From Antedon mediterranea (lineage: Eukaryota; Animalia; Echinodermata), in assembly GCF_964355755.1 (NCBI RefSeq), contig NC_092672.1, positions 38,384,437 through 38,448,436 of the forward strand: a stretch of 64,000 nt of DNA, read 5' to 3'. Every line of letters begins with the position of its first letter. Position 1 is the first letter of the stretch. A model generated the notes under the pieces. The model was not told the origin of the DNA. It saw only the letters and a list, made by a program, of their open reading frames with translations, and did not search any database. A program made the position numbers and the translations under genes. This document shows, one piece after another, positions 13,401 to 25,400 of this stretch.

Positions 13401-16400
13401 ACAGGCCAACAAATCAGTACTCATGACAGAAATTCGACCCAGTTTGGTTCACACAAATGTTTACAGGAAGTTCAACACCACAACCGATGATTTGCCCTAA
13501 ATATTTAGGTAGACTACAGTTTAATTTTTCACTGAATAGGAGCTTGAATTTCCGATTTCCATTTCGCAGAATGTCTAGGTCTATTTATTTAGTTTGGTTC
13601 TTATAATATATAAATACAATCAACTTTATTACTGCGGTTCCATCACCACCACCACGTGCCGCCCAATTCCCGTACATACATTTCCATTTCTCCCTAATTT
13701 CTTTAATCCACATAAATTAATTGTCCTTTATGGAATCCAGTATTGGTTTTGTTGTCTCTATTTCTGAATACCCCAATTAGAGGGGGACACTTCCGTTTTT
13801 GTTTAGTGTCCCAAAAAAGTCCCCGTCCGTGGATTCTACTGTATTCGAGAACCATCTGTGAGCACCCCTAGATGGTACGCGAGCGAAGCGAGCGTGCCAT
13901 CTAGTGGTTACAATTGAACTTAATGTTTCCAACATGGTTCAGTTAATATCTACTGTAGTAAATGAATTTGAATAACAAAATCATGTTTAAAATTCTAATA
14001 AAGATCTGCATTCATGCAATGGTTATTGGACAACTAATTCAACTAATATCTACAAAATGAAATTTAAAAAATAATATATATACTCTACATTTGATATATA
14101 CAAAACAAATTGGGTACTAAATCACACTAATGAATATGATACAATCATTTCCAATAATATAAGACGATACACAAAGAATCTATGTATAGATGAATGATTG
14201 ACATCATAAGATCTAATCTACTTTATTCTTAATAAAACACAACACTAAGAATCAACTTTAACTTATTTTAGCATTAGAAGACAATGTGACTACAAAACTA
14301 CTGATTAAATTCAAATTTAACTATTTTTTTATTTTGATATAGATCATCAAGTTGGTGTGAAATAGATTTTTGTTTTTAGAACACTAGTTTTGAAATACTG
14401 GTGTTCGGTATAATAATCTATATATAAATTTAGGGCAACATTTGGTAAATTGTGCATTATCTCTAAAATTTTTACTCGATGGTATATAAAGTTGGTTCGT
14501 ACGATAATTGTTTTTAATAGCTGAACTGGTTGAACAGCTTTTTGTATTAAATTAACTACGGAATACTGTATTGGCAGTGTATCTTAGTTTAAAGCATCCT
14601 TTTTGTTTCCTTTTTGTCAACTTAGGCATCACAAATTTTGATTTGATTGTTGGAAAATGATTATCAGAAATAATACAAAGTGATAACATTAACGCTCCCA
14701 GTTGCAGAGCAATGACATTTTTAGAAGATTTTCCAGAATAAAGTCCAGAAAGCTTAAGTATATAGTTTTACTTCCATTGGGGTCTCTGACTGTGACGCAA
14801 CTATTTTATAAATAATTAGACATGAATCTATAGAACACTTACCGCCTGTCCATTGCCATGGTTACACGGCGATAAATTGAAGAAATGTTTGTGAAACCAG
14901 GAATGTTTCTTTGGTTAAGTATCAAACTTAGTTGTCAAAAACAAGACCAAAACCTGATCAAGGTACACTTGGAAATACTAAACAATCAAATGTGAACATT
15001 CGGCATAAAGTCACCAGCTAATACTAGTCTACGACTCAGCTGTCAGCTCATATTTAGACTCATAATTATTTTCAGTAATGGAAGCATTTTCCTGTAATCG
15101 ACATATTTTAATAATAATTTCATGGTGTAATGGAGTAATTATCTTCGGAGTAATTATCTTCACACTAATCAGTTCACTGTAAATGGATAGCTTCAAATTA
15201 GCTCATGTACTTGTGAGGATGATTTACCCTCAAGAAATGTGTAGACAAACAGACAGTCAGCCAGTTTTAGGCTCCATTTTCAAATCAGATAAAAGCTTAG
15301 GTAATTGTTCAACCAACATTCCACACCATCCTTCAGAATTGAACATCCTTCAGATTAGATGAGAAGTAGATGAGAAGTAAATACTTCTTAAATGTCTTCG
15401 CAGATCAACTTCACACATCACATTTCCTAAAACAAAACACCTGTGTACTGTAAACCAAAGCTACACGCTGCATACAATGTGCAGTGAATGATTAGCAGCT
15501 AGGCCATACAAGAATTCAACAGCATCTATCTACATGCAATCTCGCACAGTAGTTTAAATTTAAATATACATCTAATTTTAAAGAACCACCACTGTCCACA
15601 GTGAATGAAGCAATCAATAAGAAATGCATTACCACGGCTATTGCATTCAGTTAATAGTCTGTGTAGTATAGATAGAGGGCAGCAGATTTATGATTGCTAG
15701 GTTGCCAGAGATGTAATTAGAGCATCATGATTTTGTAGTAATTTATTGGCCTTGCGCATGTAATGGAACAATTAACAATACAAAGCAAACCAGCCCCTAA
15801 ACAAACAATTTCATCTCTAATCAGCGTCCATGTTCATTTGATTTCATTCATAGATCAGTTTTTAAGACCACCACTACAAAATTGAATGTAGTAATTAAAA
15901 TAATTGACCAGTGCACTGCACTAATTGACTCCACCACAAACTTTTCTTATTCTAAATATGCTAAAATAAGAATAAAAATAAAGATGAAATAATTGTTTCT
16001 TATGTGTAGTCAATATCCTCCTTTACGTACATTTATAAATTCTAATTTGCATTGCACAACAGACTAGTTTTACATGTAGTACTTGCATTAAACATGAATT
16101 TAAGAGCAAAAATAGGTCTAACATTGAACATGAATTTAAGAGCAAAAATAGGTCTAACATTGAACATGAATTTAAGAGCAAAAATAGGTCTAACATTGAA
16201 CATGAATTTAAGAGCAAAAATAGGTCTAAATCCGCACCAACCATAGCATATAAAGCCATCTTATTTTCACCTGCTGAAGGTTAGCTTGATTTATAAACAG
16301 CAAACATGCAAGAGTTATACACAATTAACAAGTAATTATAGAAAGTGTAACTAATTATCTTGAATATCTTTTATTTCATTTTTATTACATCCTTTTTTGC

Positions 16401-19400
16401 TATCTAAGTAAATTGTACAGTAATTTTGTAAAGGCAACGTTTTTAGCCTTGCGGCTACTTGTTATAAGTTCTATATCCAAATAAATAAATAAATAAATAC
16501 AGCAGCATTCAGGTAGACTATTATTGCAAACAGTGTATAAATGACTGTTTATTGTCAGGAGGGTGGGAAAGAGAACACAGGTGCTCTGTTTGATGGTTAA
16601 CTTATATTATGAATTACTTTTGATAGACTACTACTAATAACATATGTTTAGCACTGGTTCTCATTACCATTTTTTAAAACCTTACAAGACAGAGTTTATT
16701 GAACCTGAGATTATATAATTCTTGCTCGGATATATACAGCGCCCTCAATGAAAATTAATAATAATGTGGTTTATCATTTTTTAATATAGGAAAAAAACCA
16801 AACAATTATTGTAGTGTATATTCTCTAACAAAAAATGGTAGGTTGGGTGGAGAGAGAGATAAAACCTACTACATCACTGATGCTATTGATTATAGTGCAC
16901 AACAAATGGTAGATTGGGTGGAGAGAGAGATAAAACCTACTACATCACTGATGCTATTGATTATAGTGCACAACAAATGGTAGGTTGGGTGGAGAGAGAG
17001 ATAAAACCTACTACATCACTGATGCTATTGATTATAGTGCACAACAAATGGTAGGTTGGGTGGAGAGAGAGATAAAACCTACTACATCACTGATGCTATT
17101 GATTATAGTGCACAGCAAATGGTAGGTTGGGTGGAGAGAGAGATAAAACCTACTACATCACTGATGCTATTGATTATAGTGCACAACAAATGGTAGGTTG
17201 GGTGGAGAGAGAGATAAAACCTACTACATCACTGATGCTATTGATTATAGTGCACAACAAATGGTAGGTTGGGTGGAGAGAGAGATAAAACCTACTACAT
17301 CACTGATGCTATTGATTATAGTGCACAACAAATGGTAGGTTGGGTGGAAAGAGAGATAAAACCTACTACTATCACTGATGCTATTGATTATAGTGCACAA
17401 CGATGTAAAATGAATAACTCAGTTTCTTAACGATTAATTACCATCATCTCTAGGACACAATACAAAATCATTTGATTTTTAATGGGGCCATTTGTTATAG
17501 ATTCAAGGCTACCATAATTACTTTTCAGAAAACCCTAGAGTTCTTCAGAATAATACACAATTAATAGCCTAATTTATATTTAAAATCAAATGAATAATAC
17601 TCTCAGATATCAATTAAGATGATGAAATTTAAACAATTAATAAATTAATTGAAATAGTTCAGGGAGGAGGGGAGGGGAGCTTAAGGTTGAATATTGTAAA
17701 ATAAAGTGCAGGACATTGTTATATATTGTGCATTGTAATTTTCACAATTTAGGGTGGAGGCCCCATTAGTCTGAAGTTCCATTTTCCTGATACTAAGTGA
17801 ACCTCATTGGAAACAAGTTCAAAGGCTTTTATTAATGTGTTCATGCAATGTTCATATTAAATATAATAAACATAAATTTGTGCTAATAATATTTATCAAT
17901 AAAAACTCACAAATAAATAATATAAGAACTTACCTGACAGAGGGGGAAATGACAGTAACATGCACAGTAATAGGTTTCTCATATTCAAAATAGCATTCAA
18001 ATGTTCCAACTGATATGCACATGCCTACTATTACTTCACAATGCATACATATACGGTAGAGTCAATACAATATGATCAAAAACATTGAGTAAAGAAATAC
18101 ACTGCTAAAATAGTTTAAAATAAATACAGTCAACTCAATATTGAAATCTCTGAAAACTATAAACTCGCAAAAACCATAGTTTTCTTGAATTGAATCATAC
18201 AAAATATTCCAAATTCTTGTTTTACCATTAAAAACACATTTGGAATACCAGATTTTCTGGAAAACCAGACATATTAAGCTGACCAAATTATGTCAGATAT
18301 TGGAGAGTTGACTGTATAATAACAATGATGTCCGATATTGGGAGAGTTGACTGTATAATAATAATGATGTCCGATATTGGGAGAGTTGACTGTATAATAA
18401 TAATGATTTAAGAAAAAAATAGAAACAAAAACAGGAAAAAAAAATAAAGTTTATGAAATGAATGACACAATTGAGAGAAAAAAATTTAAAATATTTTTAA
18501 AATAAAAACAAACATGACCATTAAAAGTGACCATTTTTGCATGCACATTATTTACCACTTGCACAATGTGTGACTATAGGATGCAATTACATTAAATAAT
18601 ATTATAAAATATGTTATTTTACCTGTTTGTGCGGTTCTTATCTGATCCTTGATGTAAACCTTTTCCTGGAGATTTCTTGGCATTCTGTTTTTTGTTTCTA
18701 GAAGGTTCATCTGGATATGCTTGCCTTGTAATCCGTTGTATACCTATGGAAACATGTAATGACAATATTATATGACATATATTTATTCATTAAGACACAA
18801 GACTGTGTTTCTTTAAAATACAAATTAATGTTGCATAATGTATAATATATAATGACTGCTGCATCAGACAACCACAAATAACAACTTAAAACAACAAAGC
18901 TACACATTTGTATGATACTGTAGAGTAACAACCAGTTATCTAAATAAGTTTATATAGGCTACAGCATCAAATGTCTTACCTGCAACTAAAAATAATTTTC
19001 ACTCACTAGTGAAGGAAAAAAACACAAATTCCATCCAAAAAATGTTTGTTACATTGACAGAATAATACATTTTTTAACTAAATGAATTGTAGGTTAGATC
19101 CTGAAACTTAGAATTGATGTCAATTATGTTAACTACAAAGCTAAAGAAACTAAATCTTACCAGTGTACTATAATTTCTAGAAAAGAATGGTAATACAATG
19201 TTTCTCAAACGACACGAAAATACAATAAGGAGACTATCAATTTTCATCCTACGAAGCAAATGTTTATTGAATCATTTCTTCACAGACTTGTGTTGTTTAG
19301 CATAGATTTCTGTGCAGGAGAATCGAAGTGACAACATCATAATTCTTAGAGGAAGTGAAAACAAAAGATTGACGCAGAAAAACATGTAGTGAAAATGCAG

Positions 19401-22400
19401 AAACACCTGCCAAACTAGCATAACTAAATCCATGATACAGTATTAAGATTGAAACCTTGAGAACAAAGTTAATCTCAGTGAATCAATAAGAACATTAATA
19501 GAGTAATAATATCATTTTACTTTTTGTATTCTTTGGAAATGATTTATACATAACACATGTGAAGAAGAATTCACTAACACTAATAACAGCGCTATTCATT
19601 TCTATTACTAAATGATATATCTTTTATTGTTTAAGTATAATACACACATAATTGTCTTTTACTGAGCTATTAAAAGGTATCCAAATAGGTTTCTATACAA
19701 GAGAATGGGAACCAGACACAATTCAGTGGTAGATCCAGAATGTTGAAATGAAATTGGGGTTTTTAATCTTCTCAAAACATTTCTTAATTTTAAGAGTACA
19801 TGGATTTTCTTTTCGAAAAATGGCCAAATATTAAGAAAAATATCTTGATAAGATTATCTAAGTAAAGCTAAGCAACATATTAAACTTCCATAAAAACCTA
19901 TTGTATAATATTTTTTGGGTCTCAATTTTGTTTTTGATGATTTCAGAATATTCGATAACAACACATAATCATAGTCTTGAAAACACTGATTCACAGAAAA
20001 AACAGCTTACTTTCCTTGAATCATATACATACATACAAATAATACAACGATTTCTAATGCCTCAAGCTTTATCTTTATGCTGTATAAACTGAGTGAAATT
20101 GAATTCAGACCAACCAACATCCAAAACAAGATGCATTTCCATAAAACATAGACGGTTTAAATGCCATTTAGTTCTTGATTGATATAATTGACGTGATAAG
20201 TTGCTCCTCTATGCAGTGTACAAATAAAGATTGTTTACCATGTATTAATATAAACATCATCACCATCTTTACTCTATCTTCACTGTTTGTACTACTAATA
20301 TGGTTACCATGCCAACTGTCTCCTCACGCTGGATACTTAAGCAATTACTGAATCAATCAGAGTTGTGAAGTAGCATCAAATAGGTTAAGAGTACTAAAAT
20401 GCACTATAAATGCACATACTAATTAACTGTCAGGGCTCAGTTTAATACTAGGCTAAATACACAACAACTTTTGACAGTACACTCAGTGTACAGTTATCTT
20501 TATATGTTTCAAGTGAATGATTTTAAAACAACCCAACGTCAATCAGACTAACAAAAGGATGGCATGAGGATAGCCAACGCCAGACGTCATTTCATGTTGG
20601 AAAAAATACAAAATACGCAATTCATGTAGAACATGTGTAGATATACAGCTTGATGGATGATCTATTTAAAAAACAAAAAACCCTCTCAAACAAACTAAAA
20701 GAAAAAAAATCATCAGAGTTTTTTATGTTCATTTATCATGGAAAGATGTTTAACTATCAACAACTCGTTATAATGTAAAGGCTAAAATAATTTTTTTTCA
20801 ATATGTTTTATTCTTTCCATAACAAACACACAAACCAACTTTAAAAAACCTATTGTAAAAAATATCTCTTAAAAAAAGGCTATAGTAGATATAAAGTAGT
20901 AAGATCAATACAATCCTAATATAGTAAATGTGTATATATGTAAGAATGAATTACTCATGCCTTTAATAAGTTGAATGTTATTTATGTCTTTAAATAATGA
21001 ATTGCCTATGTCTTTTTAATCATGTGAATGTTATTGTTATTGTATACGTAAGAATGAGTTACTCATGTCTTTAATAATGAGTTACATGTTATTTATGTCT
21101 TTAAATAATGAATTGCCTAATTGTCTTTAAATAATGAATTGCTTATGTCTTTAAATAATGAATTGCCTATGTCATTTTAATAATGTGAATGTTATTGTTA
21201 TTCATCTAGGTCTTGCTATTTCAAGAGAGATGTTGTCCCTAGCAAACTAGTTTGACAAAAAAAAGTGTGATGTATCCAAATATGGTAGTGATATGATGTC
21301 ATCATGTACATATATGGGCACATCACATTTTTTGTCATAAAGTTTGATAGTGTAGAAAGAGCTTAACAGTACATAGGATTAACTTATAATCTAAAATAAT
21401 ACAAACAAAAAGAGAAATGTAAAGATTTCTAGCTGCTAACTGTATTTAGTTCTACTTCTTCACCACAGTGGGATTCTAAATTAATTCTGCCATAGTCCTA
21501 CTAAAATTAAATTGTAATAAACTATATCATGATAATTCATTTGTAAAGGCAATCAGGCAATAAATGTACATGTTGACATTAATCCATCACATTAATCATG
21601 AATGACTTAACAACATTTACATTATTTTGGGATCGGCTAATAGAAAGATCATGTATGTAATGCTAATGTGTGTATCACCTCCATGGATAGACTGAAAGCA
21701 GAGACGTCATACAAAGTTGTTTTGTGAACAACACATTTCAAACTGCTAGTATTTTGTCAAAATGAAAAGATGTTCATGACTACTTAACATTTTATATTTC
21801 ATATTAAAAAAAAATCAAATTTTGTTGGGTGTGGTCACGAAAATACCAAGTACTATACACATCATGAAAAATTGTGTAAGCCAATTTGCTGGTATGAACA
21901 TTACAGTAGTTTCTTAATTCAGGACTATTTCAAATTAAACATGAATTCAACCCAACTTCAAAGGTTCATCCTCTACTACTATGTCATTTATTGTTAACAA
22001 TGGCTACAAATATCCTATTTTAACAAACATCTTCCTGAGTTTGATTACTTTATTTGTATATCCTCAAAGCCTATTACTGTTTAACAAACTGTTATACATA
22101 ATTAAATAAAATCATACCTCTGTCTAATAAACTGTCTTCATCATCAGAATGTCTATCATCACTAGTGTAGCGTAACGCACCTTTACCGCTGTCATTATCA
22201 CTGTCATTATTCAGCAAGTCTAGAAGAAATGCAAAATGGATATGAAACCATACGCAAACATTATCATTACCAACTACACATCTTAACTTTAATCAATAAA
22301 TTCTATAATAGACGTGATCAAATACATATATAACAAGAGAAGTAAAGTAGTTTTTTTTTACATCAATAAAATTAATAAATAAATAAATAAAAAACGTGAC

Positions 22401-25400
22401 CGATGGATGGAGTAAGATGGTTGGAGGAAAAGGAGGAGGGAGGAGGGGGAGGGGCTGGTGGGGGAGGTGGTAAGGGGGAGGGGAGGGGCTGGTGGGGGAG
22501 GGGTAAGGGGGAGGGGAGGGGCTGGTGGGGGAGGGTAAGGGGGAGGGGAGGGGCTGGTGTTTAATCTCTTGTTTTTGTTACGGTTTGATACTGATACTTT
22601 ATTTTATTCCATCAGTGACCACTGGATTGATTTGAACTCACACCTTCTGATTTCAAACTACTAAGCTTCAATACCATTATGTGAACATACCTTGTCTATG
22701 TTTAAAAAAGCTTGTAAAATTATTGTTGATTTCTGAAGTTGAATCGCTTAGATTAGACAAGCTTTCCACACTTTGACACTTTTTAGCTCCTTTAAAAAAA
22801 ACGAATTTAGATAAATAGTTACACATATCAGTATTGGAAGGGTAGAAAGCAGGATTTAAATAAATGAATACACCTTTTAAAATAAAGAGAGAAGTATTAG
22901 TCCACGCCACTACGAATCGGAGCATCAATTTACAGACTTAAGTTATTCATTAAGTTATAATTCATCATAAAATTATTATTAAACTACATCATTTTTCAAC
23001 ATCTATTTTAAGAATTTGGTAGTACTTCGCACCTTGAATAATTCAGGTTTGAATAATTCGGTTAAGACATAATATTATATATATAAATTTGTACAATTTT
23101 GTTTAAAAACAGTTTAAAAATGAATACAAACCTTTCTTTCTCTTTAAAACTGTCTGAAACGTTTGGCGTACATCACCAGACTTGACAGAGTCTAAATCGC
23201 TTGGAATAGTTATTGTATCAAAACTTGTTAATGGTACTCCCGCTACCTGCTTCACCATCATGTTACGGAAACGTCTCTCAAAATCTTCTGTTTGAACCGA
23301 TTCCACGTCACTTGGAACATTTAGTCTGGACTTCATCAGCGTTAGACCAGGTTTGAATCCTTGATTTAAAAACATACAAATATATTTATATGGCCAATTG
23401 TAATTAAATAGCTGTTATTTTGCAATCATTCTAGTTGAATGTTATTACGTCAGATAAAAAAAAAAATATTAAAAGAGCAAATAACCAATAATATGTTTAT
23501 AATAGATAGTATTCTGATTGATAATTAATGTATATTAAAATTCAATTTTTTTGTGACATAGTTTCTTTTACAAAACAATCAATATTAGGTCAAATTTCGA
23601 CCTGATATTTTTTAAGTTCATCAAATCAATAAAAATAGATCATATTCTAATAAATGTATAATACAATTCAAATTCGTATTTTAGTGGAATTTTCATATTT
23701 TTTTAATAACAGACAAATGAATTCATAAACACAAAACTGTACTGACATTTTTTCTATAAGTAGAAAATTATGTCAATATATGCTAAAATGCAATATCTAA
23801 TAAATACCTATATTGTAAAAATGAGTACTGTAAGTAGGAATGCTTTGAGCAAAATTACAAATGTTAAGTAAGAACCTTTATATTGTTGTAATATTGAATA
23901 CCAATTTCAAATGTCAATGTGTATAGTATTGATTGACATTTTATTGCAATATAAATGTTCTTGAGGGCTCACTTTAAGAAAATGAGTTAAAGCTGTATTG
24001 TCCTCCAAAAACATGAAAAAATTATTTAAAAATCAGATTTTTTCTAGGCCTGTTTCATTTAACTTGAATAATTTTTGCATTAAATTTTCAGGTACATTTT
24101 AATTTATTACATCTTTTGGTCAGAGTGAATAACTAGACCTATTATGTGACATTAAAATTGGGACAACATATATTTAAATAAATGAGAAATGTATTCCTGT
24201 TGAAACTCTCTACAGTATGTTTTTTTCTCACAAACTACACATTTAGTCACCAAGGAAGAAATATCCACTATCGTCACACTCATACACAATTCAGCATGCA
24301 TTATTAAAACATGAAATACAAAACAATAACAGTGCACACAGCCAAGCAAGGTAAGTGATCAACTTAAACCATATTGCTGCTCAAATCTTGATATGATGCT
24401 GATAAAAATATCTGGATGTGTAATAAGATTAATGATGAATCAATTAAAATGGTTAAAAGGTTGGATTAAATATATTGTGCATTTGTACTAATAGTATTTT
24501 ATCAGGGTAAAATAATATGGAATTAAAACAATTTTAGTTCAAACCAAACTATGATAGGACCATGGACCTTAGAAGGACTCTATCATGACTAACTAACTAA
24601 ACTAATTAGTTTTTATATTCATCCTCTTCTACACACAGTAGTAGAGCCTCAATTTTCAAGCGTTTTCAAAACGTAATTTATAGATTCATGGTATGAATAT
24701 TATTTTACCCTGAATAAATGTAAATGAGTTTCATTGAATTTCTAAATGAAAATTAATTTTGAGATAAATCATTACATGCATTTGCTTTCAAAATGTTAGC
24801 ATCATTCCTGACAAGGCGCAGGAAATGTTGAATGCAATAAAATTAATGATCTCTATATGGAAATGAATTTTGAAATTGTCTGGATGAACTAAAGCTCTGT
24901 CTACACTATTTTCAATTCAATTCAAAAGACATTTATTTTCCTCCATAGCAATACAATACAAAATAATAAACAGAAATGGCAAGGTATATTAAAAATGAAA
25001 TAGATGATTGTTGGATATACAAAAGAAAAGTGAATTTAAGAAAATTGGCTATGTAAGAAGGCATAATCCCGAGAAGATGAGGAAATCTTGTGCTGGGTAT
25101 GCCTATGCAAATAAAATGGATAATTGAATAAGAGTGGAAATTAAGAGAAACAAAGACAAAAAAACGCACACAAAAGGGAAAAAAAAAAAAAAGTACTAAA
25201 TAAATTAATTAATAAATTTTAAAAAATAGATCAATCAAATTGTAGAATCAGAAAATAAAACTCAAAAACCACAGTAGATCAATGTTCAGCAGCATAAATC
25301 AAATTGCGACATTCGATCGTTGTCTTTCTAATAGTTTGACATTAGGTGTTGTTTTAATTTTTTGGAAAATAAAGAAATTGAAACAGCATTTGTAATTGGG

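Noticed and set aside
16023-16259. 12-aa periodic ORFs
   Set aside because: Translations of the 36-bp minisatellite.
16833-17401. CRISPR-like regular array (also 49755-49993, 2223-2510)
   Set aside because: Head-to-tail identical units with no unique spacers, eukaryotic context, no cas genes.
19074-19259. Donor CTG|gtaaga at ~19141 as another coding exon
   Set aside because: The phase-1 reading has an immediate TAG, and the open frame is phase 0, incompatible with neighbouring exons.
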